Below are positions 21,527 to 32,467 of a stretch of DNA of 64,000 nucleotides, one piece after another (position 1 is the first letter of the stretch; every line of letters starts with the position of its first letter). The position numbers and the translations under genes are program-made. Below the pieces are notes generated by a model. That model did not search any database. It worked only from the letters and a program-made list of their open reading frames with translations, and was not told the DNA's origin. Location: NCBI GenBank assembly GCA_963803975.1, contig CAWDOY010000003.1, forward strand, positions 192,001-256,000. Direction: 5' to 3'. Source of the DNA: an uncultured delta proteobacterium. GTDB taxonomy: Bacteria > Desulfobacterota > WTBG01 > CAIYCZ01.

Positions 21527-22618
21527 CTACTGTTCCGGCTCCGGTTTTTTATCAGCCTTGAACAGCTTATCAAACAGAGACGGCTTTTTAGCGAACGTCG
21601 CGAAGTCCTGGCTGACTTCGAGGTCATTTGCCAGGTGGTAGACCACCTTGTGCTCAACACACTGCGCGGCCATTTTAACGGCATTTTTCATTGCTTCAGC
21701 AGTTGATCTGCCATGGCTGATGATAACCGGTCCTCTAACGCCGAGGAGCAAAGCCCCGCCGTACTGAGCGTAGTCAAATCTATTTTTGAAGTTGGTAAAC
21801 GCGGTGCGCGAAAACAGGTAGCCGATTTTTGACCACAGGCTGCTGCTCATCTCCTCCTTAAGCGCTTTACCCAGGCACTCTGCCACTCCCTCGGCCACTT
21901 TTAAAAGCACATTGCCGGTGAAGCCGTCGCACACAACAATATCCGCAGCGCCCTTGAAAACATCTTTGCCCTCTATATAGCCGATGTAATTAAGTTTGCT
22001 TTTGCGCAGGAGCGCATGGGCTTCGCGGGTAATATCAGTTCCCTTGGATTCTTCTTCTCCGTTGCTCAGGACTGCTATGCGAGGGCTTGCGCATGAAAGG
22101 TAATATTTACTGTAGACAGAGCCCATGACGGCAAACTGGGCGAGGTGATAGGGCTTGCAGCTGTTGTTGGCGCCTGCATCAAGAAGTATCACGCGACTTT
22201 TAAGAGCCGGCAGAATAGTGGCGATGGCAGGGCGGTCAATACCTTTGATGCGGTTCAGCACAAACAGGGCACCGGATGCGACAGCCCCGGAATTCCCGGC
22301 ACTGACAAAAGCGTCTGCCTTGTTCTCGAGCACAAGCTCGATTCCCACCCGGATTGATGAATCCTTCTTTTTGCGCACGACATCGAGGGGATTATCCTCC
22401 ATGCCGACGATTTCCGAGGCTTTGTGGATAGACAGGGGGAGTCCGGCTGTTTTATGCCGTTTCAATTCCATCCGTATGGCCTGCTCTTTTCCTACCAGAA
22501 TAATCTCTGCACCCAGTTCCCGGCATGCTTGTACGGAACCTTCAACAACAGCTCGCGGAGCAAAGTCTCCACCCATTGCATCAACAGCAATTTTAATTTT
22601 TCTGTTACTCATCTCCAA
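21527..22618 (-). CDS. plsX: Phosphate acyltransferase PlsX
   Basis: IAVDAMGGD, SAGNSGA, RPAI, LDAGAN, GEEESKG, VCDGFTGN, SHGRS. Confidence 0.95.
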   Translation of the reverse strand: MEMSNRKIKIAVDAMGGDFAPRAVVEGSVQACRELGAEIILVGKEQAIRMELKRHKTAGLPLSIHKASEIVGMEDNPLDVVRKKKDSSIRVGIELVLENKADAFVSAGNSGAVASGALFVLNRIKGIDRPAIATILPALKSRVILLDAGANNSCKPYHLAQFAVMGSVYSKYYLSCASPRIAVLSNGEEESKGTDITREAHALLRKSKLNYIGYIEGKDVFKGAADIVVCDGFTGNVLLKVAEGVAECLGKALKEEMSSSLWSKIGYLFSRTAFTNFKNRFDYAQYGGALLLGVRGPVIISHGRSTAEAMKNAVKMAAQCVEHKVVYHLANDLEVSQDFATFAKKPSLFDKLFKADKKPEPEQ

Positions 22619-22833
22619 TACCTGTCATAGGGGTACAAAAAATCTAACCACAGAGAATATGTTCATATAAATTCCCTGTGGTTATAATAAATATATATAG
22701 CTAATAAGAGCAGATGTCAACAGGGTTTCAGCAATCCCTTTAGCAGAGACTATACCGGATGCTGCTGCAGGAAGTCAGGGCACCTTGTTGTCAGGAGACA
22801 ATGCTGACAGCAGAGACAAGGGACAATAAAAAT

Positions 22834-22868
22834 AAAAAAGGCTGCGACCCATTGCGGCAGCAGCCTTT
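22834..22868 (-). terminator. Rho-independent terminator of hup
   Basis: Stem aaaggctgc/gcagccttt followed on the minus strand by a T-run, just after the hup stop. Confidence 0.75.
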
Positions 22869-22889
22869 CATAACATGCCCGGATGATGA

Positions 22890-23165
22890 TTACAGGCCGG
22901 ACTTAAGGGTTGGAGCAGGTTTAAAGCCGACCGTCTTGCTTGCTTTGATTTTAATTTTTTCCTTGGTGCGCGGATTAACACCGATGCGGGCTTTTCTTGA
23001 TTTTACCGTGAATACACCAAAGCCGGGAAAAGCAAACCGTTTTTCCTTCTTGATCGATTTGCCAATGATTTCAAATGCGCAATCAACAATCACTTCAACA
23101 GCTTTTTTGCTGACATCCTCTTTGCAGCCTTTTGCGACTGCGTCAATGAGTTCTGCCTTGGTCAT
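22890..23165 (-). CDS. hup: HU family DNA-binding protein
   Basis: MTKAELI, GFGVF, RKARIGVNPRT, FKPAPTLK. Confidence 0.93.
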   Translation of the reverse strand: MTKAELIDAVAKGCKEDVSKKAVEVIVDCAFEIIGKSIKKEKRFAFPGFGVFTVKSRKARIGVNPRTKEKIKIKASKTVGFKPAPTLKSGL

Positions 23166-23346
23166 ATAAATCTCCTCTCTTTTTTAAAATTGGGTTATAT
23201 TATTGAAGGTCACCAAATACTCTATTTTAAAGGCTCTAATAGTATAACAGTTAAACGATGTCAATAAAAATATATTAAATAATCTCTTTAATTTTGAAAT
23301 AATATGGCATGAAAAATGATTTAAAAAATTAATAAAACAATAGATC

Positions 23347-24198
23347 CTACCTCAGGCGGGGATCAAGGGAATCGCGAATACCTTCGCCGAGGAGATTGTA
23401 GCCAAGAACGGTAACCAAAATAGCAAGCCCCGGAAAGAGCGACAGCCACCAGGCAATTTCTATATTGTCTTTACCTGCGGTGAGAATATTGCCCCAGCTT
23501 GGCGTTGGCGGCTGGACGCCGATCCCAAGAAAGCTTAAGGCAGATTCAATCAGTATGGCGGATGCTATCCCCAGCGTGGCATAGACCAGAACCGGAGCGA
23601 GCGCGTTGGGGAGTATATGCATAAAGATTATCCGCAGATCGCCGGCACCGGCAGCACGCGCAGCCAGCACAAACTCGCGCTGCTTCAGGCTTAAAAATTC
23701 CGCCCTGATGAGGCGCGCCACTCCCATCCAGCTGGTTGCGCCGATGACGATCATGATGATCCAGATGCTCGGTTCAAACAGGGCAATTAATGTGATAATG
23801 AGAAAGAAAGACGGAATGCAGAGCATGGTGTCAACAAAACGCATAATTACCATGTCGATAATTTTTCCGTAATAGCCGGCAATAGAGCCCAGCAGCACAC
23901 CGATCAGCACCGAAATCCCCACGGCAAAAAAACCAACTTTGAGGGAGATACCGGCTCCCATCAATACCCGGCTCAATACATCCCTGCCCAGATCATCTGT
24001 TCCAAACAAATGTTCTGTGCTGGGCGCTGTCAGAACATGCCGGGCATCTATCGCCGTTGGGTCGCAGGGGGAAATATACGGCGCCAGAAACGACAGCATG
24101 AAAAGACTGATGACAATCAGCCCACCGGACACGGCAAGTTTATCCTGTGCAAACCGGTACCAGAAATCAGATTGTTGTGCGTGGAGGGGATTACTCAT
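23347..24198 (-). CDS. oppC: Oligopeptide/dipeptide ABC permease (OppC/DppC)
   Basis: HLFGTDDLGRD, EFVLAARAAG, HILPN, PPTPSWG. Confidence 0.88.
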   Translation of the reverse strand: MSNPLHAQQSDFWYRFAQDKLAVSGGLIVISLFMLSFLAPYISPCDPTAIDARHVLTAPSTEHLFGTDDLGRDVLSRVLMGAGISLKVGFFAVGISVLIGVLLGSIAGYYGKIIDMVIMRFVDTMLCIPSFFLIITLIALFEPSIWIIMIVIGATSWMGVARLIRAEFLSLKQREFVLAARAAGAGDLRIIFMHILPNALAPVLVYATLGIASAILIESALSFLGIGVQPPTPSWGNILTAGKDNIEIAWWLSLFPGLAILVTVLGYNLLGEGIRDSLDPRLR

Positions 24199-24202
24199 GG
24201 AA

Positions 24203-25177
24203 TTATTTTACTCTGATGCGCGGATCTGCCAGTGCGTATGACAGGTCTGCAATGAGATTACCCATAAGGGTCAGACCGGAACCTATGACCAGCATGCCCA
24301 TGATTAACGGGTAATCACGGGACATGGCGCTTGCCCAGAACAGCTGGCCCATACCGGGGATGGAAAATATGGTCTCAAAAATAACACTGCCGCCGATGAG
24401 GCCCGGAACTGAAAGGCCAAGCAGCGTAATGATCGGCAGCAGGGCATTGCGCAGGGCATGACGATATATGATGCTGCGCTCTTCAAGACCTTTGGCCCGG
24501 GCTGTTATGATGTAATCCTGCCGGATCACTTCAAGCATGCTGGAGCGCACATAGCGGGACATGCCTGCCAGCCCGCCGAACGCACTGACCAGCACCGGCA
24601 GCAGAAGATGCCGGCCGTAATCAGCTGCCATCCCCAGCACCGACAGCGTATCATGGTTGAGAGATGTCAGTCCTGAGATAGGAAGCCATCCCAGTTTTAC
24701 GCCAAACAGCATCATGAGCAGAAGCGCCAGCCAGAAAGACGGCCAGGCAAAGCCGAGAAAGACAAACACGGTAGCGCATTTATCCAGAAAGGAGTGCTGA
24801 TACATCGATGAAAGGATTCCCAGGGGCAGCGCAACCGCCATAATGAGCAGAAGCGAAAGAACATTAAGCGTGACCGTCACCGGCATGCGCTCAAATATTT
24901 TATCAGCAACTTTTCGGCCGTCAGGAGAGAATGAAAAGCCGAAATCAAGGACCGCTATTCGTTTGAGCCAGTAATAATATTGAACCGGAAGAGGTTTATC
25001 CAAACCGTAATAAGCGCGGAGCCGGGCTTTAGCATCTGGCGATGCCTTGGGATTCATCTGGATGAGGAGGTCCGCCGGAGACCCCGGGGCAATATGAATA
25101 ATGGCAAACGAAATCATGGTTATCCCGATGAGCATGGGAATCATCGCCATGATACGCTTTAGAAGATATTTGATCAT
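24203..25177 (-). CDS. oppB: Oligopeptide/dipeptide ABC permease (OppB/DppB)
   Basis: [33 protein letters not shown]. Confidence 0.88.
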   Translation of the reverse strand: MIKYLLKRIMAMIPMLIGITMISFAIIHIAPGSPADLLIQMNPKASPDAKARLRAYYGLDKPLPVQYYYWLKRIAVLDFGFSFSPDGRKVADKIFERMPVTVTLNVLSLLLIMAVALPLGILSSMYQHSFLDKCATVFVFLGFAWPSFWLALLLMMLFGVKLGWLPISGLTSLNHDTLSVLGMAADYGRHLLLPVLVSAFGGLAGMSRYVRSSMLEVIRQDYIITARAKGLEERSIIYRHALRNALLPIITLLGLSVPGLIGGSVIFETIFSIPGMGQLFWASAMSRDYPLIMGMLVIGSGLTLMGNLIADLSYALADPRIRVK

Positions 25178-25190
25178 ATCAGATATGCAG

Positions 25191-25281
25191 GAGGTTAAAA
25201 GGCGAAGAGGCTAAAAGGCAAACAACTGATAGAGACCGTACAAAAAACCTCTTAACCTTTTCACCTCTTAGCCTTTAGCCC
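25191..25281. repeat. Intergenic hairpin built from octamer repeats
   Basis: gaggttaa-aaggcgaa-gaggctaa-aaggcaaa ... acctctta-accttttc-acctctta-gccttt, with complementary arms. Confidence 0.7.
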
Positions 25282-25287
25282 TGAAAG

Positions 25288-26935
25288 TTACGGTACATAT
25301 TTCTGCTCTTGTTTTGGTACATACCATTTTATAAAGTTATAGTCTATTCCTATCGGAGCAGGCTCTATGCCGTGAAACCGGCTGCTGATAACGGGCAGCG
25401 CATCAGGAACGTAGAGAAAGGTGCAGGGCTGCTCTTCCGCCAGTATTTCCTGAATCCTGAAATAGTACTTCCTGCGCTCGTTCTGATCAAAGGTGTTGCG
25501 CGCTTTTATGAGCAGTCCGTCAACCTCGGCGTTGCTGTAGGAAATAAAGTTAAGCTCTTCCGGCTTGGTTTTACCTGAATACCAGATGTCATACAGATCC
25601 GGGTCCTGGGGAATAGTCCACCCCAGAATGACCGCTTCAAAGCGGCGCTGGTTTATAAACTGATTGATAAATGAGGCCCATTCTATGATGCGAATTTTTA
25701 CCCTGATGCCGACCTGGGCCAGGCGGTACTGGATAATTTCTGCGCATTTGGCACGCTCGTTATTGCCGATGTTGGTCAGTATGGTGAACTGAAAAGGCGT
25801 GCCGTCCCGGTCGATCACCCCGTCTCCGTCATGGTCCGCCCAGCCTGCCTTACTGAGAAGCTCCCGGGCCTGGTGCTGATTGAAGGGATACCTTTTGACC
25901 TGCGGGTTATATACCCACGTGCCGGGTTTATAGGGGCCGGTTGCAATCTGCCCCAGGCCCATATGCACTACATCTATCAGTTCCTGCTTATCAATTGCAC
26001 AGCTTATTGCCTGGCGCACCCGGCTGTCTTTAAAGAGCGGGTTTTTTAAATTATATCCCAGATAGGTATAGGAGAAGGAGAGGTAGCAATACTTTTTAAA
26101 ATATTGTCTGAAATAGGGTGTATCGGTCTGGCGGGTATATTGCATCGGGGTGAGGCCCATGCGATCTATGGTTCCGGATTTGAGTTCAAGAAACATCGTG
26201 GCACTGTCAGGAATTACCCGGTACACATACCGGTCAATGAAAGGTCTGCCTTCAAAGTAGCGGGGGTTTGCCTGCAGGGTAATTTTTGCGCCTGACTCCC
26301 AGCTTTGAAATATATAGGGCCCGGTGCCGACCGGATGCCGGGAGAGTTCACTTTTGACAATGTCTTTATCCCTTCAGCAGATGCTCGGGGAGCACGGACA
26401 GGCCCCAGCTTTCAAGCGCGGGAGCAAAGGGCTTTGCGTAGTGCACCTGGAAGGTAAAATCATCCAGTGCCCGGGCATCTTTTACCTGGAGAAACGGGTC
26501 AGCATAGGCGGTCGGCGTCTTCGGGTCGCACATGGTGCGGTAGGTAAAAAGAACATCCCGTGAGGTAAACGGCTGCCCGTCGTGCCATAACACGTTTTTC
26601 CTGAGGTGAAAGCGTATGGTCAGGCCCTTATCCAGTATTTCCCATGACTCAGCAAGGTCGCCAATGAGGTTCAGGTTTTTATCATATTTTACCAGGCCGT
26701 TATAAATGAGCCCGGCGACGCTGTGAGAGGCGCTGTCAGAGGCCAGGATGGGAATGAGGGTGCTGGCATCGCCAATGGAGCTGTCGATAAACGTGTCACC
26801 ATGCGCAGGGTCAGCGCTGTCCTCAGCCACCTGCCCGGCAGCGCCGGCGAAAGCAGTAATACCCGGCAGGAGCAGCAGCAGACATGCTAACACGGTTTGG
26901 GATATAGCTTGAGCTCTGGCGAATGCGTGTTTCAT
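25288..26935 (-). CDS. oppA: Peptide ABC transporter substrate-binding protein (family 5), frameshift near 26366
   Basis: Signal peptide, IYNGLVKYD, GDLAESW, WHDGQPFTSRDV, GTGPY, VRQAI, NFISYSN; two tiled ORFs. Confidence 0.85.
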
Positions 26936-27005
26936 GGTGCTGTGATTAAGATTACCGGGAGATGGTAAAAGTTGGCCGTGCCTTTTCCACGTCTGAGGCA
27001 CGCTG

Positions 27006-27572
27006 TCAGAAAATGTCTGCAGAAAAAATATAGATCTCTGTGTCCTGATCCATCCAGGCACTTTTGGGCAGCCCGGCCTTTTCGCAGGTATGCTCCAGAA
27101 AGGTTTTTTTATTCCAGGCGTAACTGCTTGCAACCTGCGGCAGAAGCAGGCCGTGATACGGACCATTAACTATATAAAGGCCATGCTTGCCTATTTCGAT
27201 TTCCTGTATGTGTTCAATTTTTATCATCGGCGTAAGAACAGAGATTTCAATTTCCAATTCTTCAAGCTCTTGCTGTGTTACCGGATCAAAGCGGGGATCC
27301 TGAAGCGCTGCTGCGATGGCCATATCCCGGACTGTTTTATACAGCGGTTTGGTGGGATGTATATACCCTATGCAGCCCCGCAGGTTTCCATGCAGATGGA
27401 GGGAAACAAAAGCCCCTCTCTTTTCCCGCAGTATGTCTGACGTTACTTCACCGGAAGGCGGGCTATTGCCGGCCAGAGAATTTTCAATAGCAGTGCGGGC
27501 TATGGCGTAGAGGGTTGCTTTATCATCTTTTGAGAGGCCCAGATCAATGCCGGTTTTTTTCTTTTTGTCCAT
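27006..27572 (-). CDS. amrA: AmmeMemoRadiSam system protein A (AMMECR1 domain)
   Basis: GAFVSL, LRGCIG, DPRF, EISVLTP, GLLLPQV, KAGL. Confidence 0.92.
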   Translation of the reverse strand: MDKKKKTGIDLGLSKDDKATLYAIARTAIENSLAGNSPPSGEVTSDILREKRGAFVSLHLHGNLRGCIGYIHPTKPLYKTVRDMAIAAALQDPRFDPVTQQELEELEIEISVLTPMIKIEHIQEIEIGKHGLYIVNGPYHGLLLPQVASSYAWNKKTFLEHTCEKAGLPKSAWMDQDTEIYIFSADIF

Positions 27573-27760
27573 GGCTTACATCCATAAGGGTAGTTTATGC
27601 ATTTAGCTGCACTGATGGGTGGATGAACGGTTAATGACCGTGCCCGGGTGCCGGAAAAAGGGTGATGCGGGTGCAGTGCTGCCAGGGGGATGGCTGTTTG
27701 ATACCGCTGCAGCGGCAATACCGGAATGGGTGACGGAAGCATTGTTCATTGGTGTACACC

Positions 27761-27784
27761 CTAGCCCGGACACGCAGGAATCAA
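27761..27784 (+). repeat. Degenerate copy of the MITE terminal motif
   Basis: ctagcccggacacgcaggaatcaa compared with taacccggacaagccggaaccaa at 57353. Confidence 0.5.
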
Positions 27785-27866
27785 GAATGTTCACGTGTTT
27801 TTATAAATTCGAAATCCGAAACAAATTCCAAGGACCAAAATGCTAAACAATGCAGATAGTATACCC

Positions 27867-28805
27867 CTAATCTTCAAAAAGTGCATCAACAAAATCCCGG
27901 GCATTAAATTCCCGCACATCATCCATCTTTTCGCCCACCCCTATAAAGCGAACGGGCAGTCTCAGTTCTTCACAGATGGCAACGATGACCCCGCCTTTGG
28001 CCGTACCGTCGAGTTTAGTGAGCGCAATACCGGAAATGTTAAGTGCCTCTTTGAAGATTTTTGCCTGGGCAATGGCGTTCTGTCCGGTCGTGGCATCAAG
28101 CACGAGCAATGTCTCGTGCGGTGCACCGGCAATCTCTTTGCTGATTACCCGGTGCACTTTTTTAATTTCCTCCATGAGCGTAATTTTGGTATGCAGCCTG
28201 CCGGCGGTATCGATGATAAGCACGTCAGTGCCCCGCGCCTGAGCTGCCTTGAGCGCGTCAAAAACCACGGCAGAAGGGTCTGCTCCGCTCGCGTGTTTTA
28301 TTACCTCACAGCCGGCACGGTGCCCCCATATTTCGAGCTGTTCAATGGCAGCGGCCCTGAAGGTGTCTGCGGCAGCAAGAAGCACGGTATGCCCCTGGCT
28401 TTTAAACAAATGCGCCATCTTGGCGATGGTAGTGGTCTTTCCCGTTCCGTTTACGCCGACGGTGAGAATCACAAACGGGCGCCGGGCAGGATCAACCAGC
28501 AGAGCTTTCTCGCCGTGGGCAAGCATGGACAGGATCTCTGTTTTAAGAGCATCTTTCAGCTTATCTGCTTCTTCAAGCTCCTTGCGCTGCACCTTCCAGC
28601 GAATCGAATCCATGAGGGTCTTAATGGTTGCTATCCCGATATCAGCCCCGATGAGGGCCTCTTCAAGCTGGTCCAGAAGGTCTTCGCTGATCTCACGCTT
28701 GCCGGCCGTTATTTCTTCTATGCGGCGAACGATGGCGGTATGGGTTTTGCTCAGCCCTGCCTTAAGCCGCTGAAAAAATCCTCGTCGTTCTTTTTTTTGT
28801 TCCAT
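27867..28805 (-). CDS. ftsY: Signal recognition particle receptor FtsY
   Basis: GVNGTGKTT, DTFRAAA, DTAGR, TKLDGTAKGG, GVGE. Confidence 0.97.
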   Translation of the reverse strand: MEQKKERRGFFQRLKAGLSKTHTAIVRRIEEITAGKREISEDLLDQLEEALIGADIGIATIKTLMDSIRWKVQRKELEEADKLKDALKTEILSMLAHGEKALLVDPARRPFVILTVGVNGTGKTTTIAKMAHLFKSQGHTVLLAAADTFRAAAIEQLEIWGHRAGCEVIKHASGADPSAVVFDALKAAQARGTDVLIIDTAGRLHTKITLMEEIKKVHRVISKEIAGAPHETLLVLDATTGQNAIAQAKIFKEALNISGIALTKLDGTAKGGVIVAICEELRLPVRFIGVGEKMDDVREFNARDFVDALFED

Positions 28806-28812
28806 GAATATG

Positions 28813-31800
28813 TCAGTGGAGGTCTACTGAAACTATTTTAGAGACACCCTGCTCCTGCATGGTGATGCCATAGAGGGTATTGGCTGCCTGCATTGATTGT
28901 TTGCTGTGCGTCACCATGATGAACTGGGAATAATCGCTCATCTTCTGCAGATGAACGTTGAACCGGTCTATATTGGTGTCATCAAGGGCAGCGTCGATTT
29001 CGTCAAGCAGGCAGAACGGACTGGGCTTGGTAAGGAATATGGCAAAGAGCAGTGCCACTACCGTCAATGAACGTTCACCGCCGGAAAGCAGATCAAGGCT
29101 CTGCAGCTTTTTACCCGGAGGCTGGGCAAAAATCTCAATCCCGGTTTCCAGCATGTCGGTCTCATCGGTCAGGAAGAGATAGGCTTTGCCCCCCTGGAAG
29201 AGCAGGGGAAATACCTCCTGGAAATGAGTATTGACCTGATTAAAAGCATCTTGAAATTTTTCCCTGGTGGTACGGTTAATCTTGGCAATTACCCTCTGCA
29301 GGGAATCAAGCGACTGGGTGAGATCCTGCTCCTGCGCCTGCAGGAAGTCAAAACGGTTTTTATGCTCGTCGTATTCAGTTTCAGCACCGAGGTTAACTTC
29401 GCCCATATTTTCCAGACGCTGCTTCATTTTATCCAGTTTTTCCTGCTGCTCCTCCTGTATAAATTCTTCAGCAGCCGGCGGAGGCGGCAGCTCCTGGAGC
29501 GTGCAATGGTATTTTTCAGCAATCTCATCTTTTATGTGTTCACACCGGAGCGATACCTCCCTGAGATCAAGCTCAAGGGAATGGATTTGCGGTTCAATTT
29601 CGTCTCTCAGCGCCCGCAGCTTTTTCAGGGATTCTTCGCCCGCGCTGACGGCCTGGGCAATCTCCTGCTCCAGCTCTTTTTCTGCAGTGAGCCCGGCATC
29701 GATGGCACTATGGCGGACCAGCAGCTGCGCGAGGCTTTCCTGCCCCTGGGAAATCTCTGCGGCGAGTGATTCCTGGCGCTTTTTCAGCTCATCAAGCTCT
29801 CTGACCAGCGAATCTGTCTTGGCCTGGACAGCGGCCCGGGCACTCAGAAGGGCGCTGAGCCCCGCGGCGGCGCTTTCCTGCCGCTGCTGAATCACTTCAA
29901 GCTTCACCCGGGACTCAACTGCTATTGATTCAGCCTGCTTTACTTCTTCCTGCAGCGTGCTTTCATTTTGCTGGAAATTTTTCAAAGCCTGCTGCAGCTC
30001 ATCATCGCTGTATTTGAAAGAGCCTTCCTTAACAACGAGGTTTTTCAGTTCCTGCTGGTGCTTGAAAAGATCCTGTTCATACTCTTCCTGCTCCATAGCT
30101 ATAAGCTCTATTTTTTCCTGGCACTGACGCGCCTCTTCCGAGAGCTTCCGGTTTTCCGTTTCCTGCTGCATGAGCTGAAGATCAAGCTCGTGCTTGGCAT
30201 GTTTCAGCTGCTCCAGGACTTCAATAACAGTGCTCAGCTCAGCGGCAATCTGCTCGCGCTCAATTACCCGTGACGTGAGCTCTGCCTCAAGATGCCCGCG
30301 CTCTTCATCAAGCTGCCTGATCTCCCGGTTCCGCTGCAGGATGCCTGACGTAGCTGTGTTTTTGCTGCCGCCGGTCAGGACCCCTTCCGCTTCCAAAATA
30401 TCGCCATCAAGCGTTACCAGCGTGCAGGGGTCTGACGTGCGTTCCCAGACGGAAAAGGCCTGTGTCATGTTTTCAACAATAAACACATTATGAAATAATA
30501 TAGTAACCAGCTGCTGATAGGGGGGCGCGGTTTTGATGACTGAGGCCAGTGATTCTAACGGAGCAGGATCTGACGCAGAGGCGGTTTCCGGCAGCCGTGT
30601 GTCCCGCAGCTCGCGGGGCATAAAGGAAACCCGGCCGCCATCGCGCTGTTTCAGGTAATCGATGGAGGAAAAACAGTCCTGATGGGTAGTAACAATCACC
30701 GACTGCAGCCTCCTGCCAAGAAATGATTCAACGGCTGTCTCGTAGCGGGGTGACGTCTCGATAATGTCAGCCAGGAGGCTGATAATGCCGTGATCGCCCG
30801 CTGACTCATGATCGCGGCTGCTCATTATGGTCCGGACACCTTCATCAAATCCCTCTAAATTCCGCTGCAGCTCCTGGAGTGACACGAGTCGGGAGCGGAC
30901 CATTCCGGCGCGCTCCTTAAGCTCATGCAGCGCAGCATCTTTTAAGGTCAACGCTGCGGTGAGCTCATTAACCCGGTTTTTATGCTCGTCAATTGCTGTT
31001 TCTTTTTCCTGCCGGCTGACGGTCATGTCCTGAATCTGTACGCTCAGGAGCTGCGTGGTACTTGCAGCTTCCTGCAGCTTACTGTCACAGGCATCCTTTT
31101 CCGCTGTTATTCTATTTAATCTTTGAATGGTCTCCCGCTGCAGATTCAGGTTTAACTGCATGGCATTCTTTATCTGGGAGCGTGCCGTTACAATGGCAAT
31201 CAGCTCTGCCTTCTCTTTTTCTATGGTTCCCCGAAGTTCAGAAAGAGTTTCATTTAATTGTGCAACAGAAAGGGTGCTCTGGGAATACTCCTGCTGCAAA
31301 CCCTGAATTTCAGCATTGAAGGTTTCGACCTCATGCTGCCGCGCAGCTATGTCCCCGTCAAGCGTTGCGCGTTCACTGTAAAACTCCTCAAGCCGTAAGG
31401 CATATTTGTCAATAAGCTCAACGTTATTTACTACTTCCTTTTTGTTATACTCAAGCTTGCTTTCTTCTCCGCTGATGGTATGTTTTATCTGGTAAAGGTC
31501 ATTTTGCAGCTCACTGATCTTGCGGGTAGCATCTATGAGTGATAAGCGCTGTTCTTCAAGAGCAGCTTCACCGGCCTCCTTTTGTGCTGCAATGCGTATT
31601 TCTTCATCCTTTAATGCGGATAATTCCCGCAGCTTAAGCTTCTCAGATGCAGTCAGTGTTTGCAGTTTGGAGGCGGTGAGGAGCAGGTCAATCTGCTTTA
31701 TTTCACCCTTGATTTTTCTGTAGCGATGAAGCCGCTTAACCTGCTTTTCAAGTACCGTAAGCTGGTTCTGGATTTCGCTCAGGATATCACGGATGCGCAG

Positions 31801-32367
31801 CAGGTTTTGTTTGGTTGACTCCATTTTTGAAACAGCTTCTTTCTTGCGCGCCCGGTACTTGGCAATGCCTGCAACTTCTTCTATGAGAACCCTTCGCTCG
31901 GGGGGCTTAAGGCTTAAAATATGGTCAACTCTTCCCTGCTCCATTATAGAGTATGATTTTAAACCGACACCGGCGTCTAAAAATAGTTCAACGATATCTT
32001 TAAGCCTGCAGGGTATTCTATTTATTAAGTATTCACTTTCTCCTGATCTATAGAGCCTCCTGGTGACCATGATTTCCTGCACGTGAACCTCTGCAGAATG
32101 GCCATTTTCATTGCTCAGTATGAGTGAAACTTCAGCCATGCCCATAGGCTTCCTGGATTCACTGCCATTGAAAATCAGATCCTCCATGAGTTTGCCCCTC
32201 AGGTTGCGTGCATTCTGCTCACCCATAATCCATCTGAATGCATCTATGATATTGCTTTTGCCACAGCCATTGGGGCCTACCAGGGCAGTTATCCCCGGTT
32301 GAAAGCTCAGCTTCACTCTATCTACAAAAGTTTTGAAACCTGCTATCTCAAGTGCTTTAACTTGCAT
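28813..32367 (-). CDS. smc: Chromosome segregation protein SMC
   Basis: GPNGCGKSN, long coiled coils, hinge (GRVSF, LTGG), LSGGE, LDEIDAALD. Confidence 0.97.
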   Translation of the reverse strand: MQVKALEIAGFKTFVDRVKLSFQPGITALVGPNGCGKSNIIDAFRWIMGEQNARNLRGKLMEDLIFNGSESRKPMGMAEVSLILSNENGHSAEVHVQEIMVTRRLYRSGESEYLINRIPCRLKDIVELFLDAGVGLKSYSIMEQGRVDHILSLKPPERRVLIEEVAGIAKYRARKKEAVSKMESTKQNLLRIRDILSEIQNQLTVLEKQVKRLHRYRKIKGEIKQIDLLLTASKLQTLTASEKLKLRELSALKDEEIRIAAQKEAGEAALEEQRLSLIDATRKISELQNDLYQIKHTISGEESKLEYNKKEVVNNVELIDKYALRLEEFYSERATLDGDIAARQHEVETFNAEIQGLQQEYSQSTLSVAQLNETLSELRGTIEKEKAELIAIVTARSQIKNAMQLNLNLQRETIQRLNRITAEKDACDSKLQEAASTTQLLSVQIQDMTVSRQEKETAIDEHKNRVNELTAALTLKDAALHELKERAGMVRSRLVSLQELQRNLEGFDEGVRTIMSSRDHESAGDHGIISLLADIIETSPRYETAVESFLGRRLQSVIVTTHQDCFSSIDYLKQRDGGRVSFMPRELRDTRLPETASASDPAPLESLASVIKTAPPYQQLVTILFHNVFIVENMTQAFSVWERTSDPCTLVTLDGDILEAEGVLTGGSKNTATSGILQRNREIRQLDEERGHLEAELTSRVIEREQIAAELSTVIEVLEQLKHAKHELDLQLMQQETENRKLSEEARQCQEKIELIAMEQEEYEQDLFKHQQELKNLVVKEGSFKYSDDELQQALKNFQQNESTLQEEVKQAESIAVESRVKLEVIQQRQESAAAGLSALLSARAAVQAKTDSLVRELDELKKRQESLAAEISQGQESLAQLLVRHSAIDAGLTAEKELEQEIAQAVSAGEESLKKLRALRDEIEPQIHSLELDLREVSLRCEHIKDEIAEKYHCTLQELPPPPAAEEFIQEEQQEKLDKMKQRLENMGEVNLGAETEYDEHKNRFDFLQAQEQDLTQSLDSLQRVIAKINRTTREKFQDAFNQVNTHFQEVFPLLFQGGKAYLFLTDETDMLETGIEIFAQPPGKKLQSLDLLSGGERSLTVVALLFAIFLTKPSPFCLLDEIDAALDDTNIDRFNVHLQKMSDYSQFIMVTHSKQSMQAANTLYGITMQEQGVSKIVSVDLH

Positions 32368-32467
32368 TGGTTTCCCTCACCCCTCTTGATAATTTTTCAT
32401 AGTAGTTAGAGTTGATTGTTTGCATTGGTAAAATCTATCAAAGAAAAGTTTTCATGTAAAGGGAAAA

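Noticed and set aside
26936..27166. Long N-terminal extension of the oppA ORF
   Set aside because: It overlaps amrA in another frame, and the signal peptide begins at the ATG at 26935.
27575..27800. Possible ncRNA (6S or SRP RNA) or small gene between ftsY and amrA
   Set aside because: I could not identify a conserved motif or convincing structure, and the short ORFs are low-complexity. An Rfam/Infernal scan would settle it.
27840..28841. 333-aa plus-strand ORF and similar long antisense ORFs (e.g. 29267-29890, 17684-18289)
   Set aside because: They are shadows of ftsY, smc and the AsmA-like gene on the opposite strand, with no recognisable motifs.
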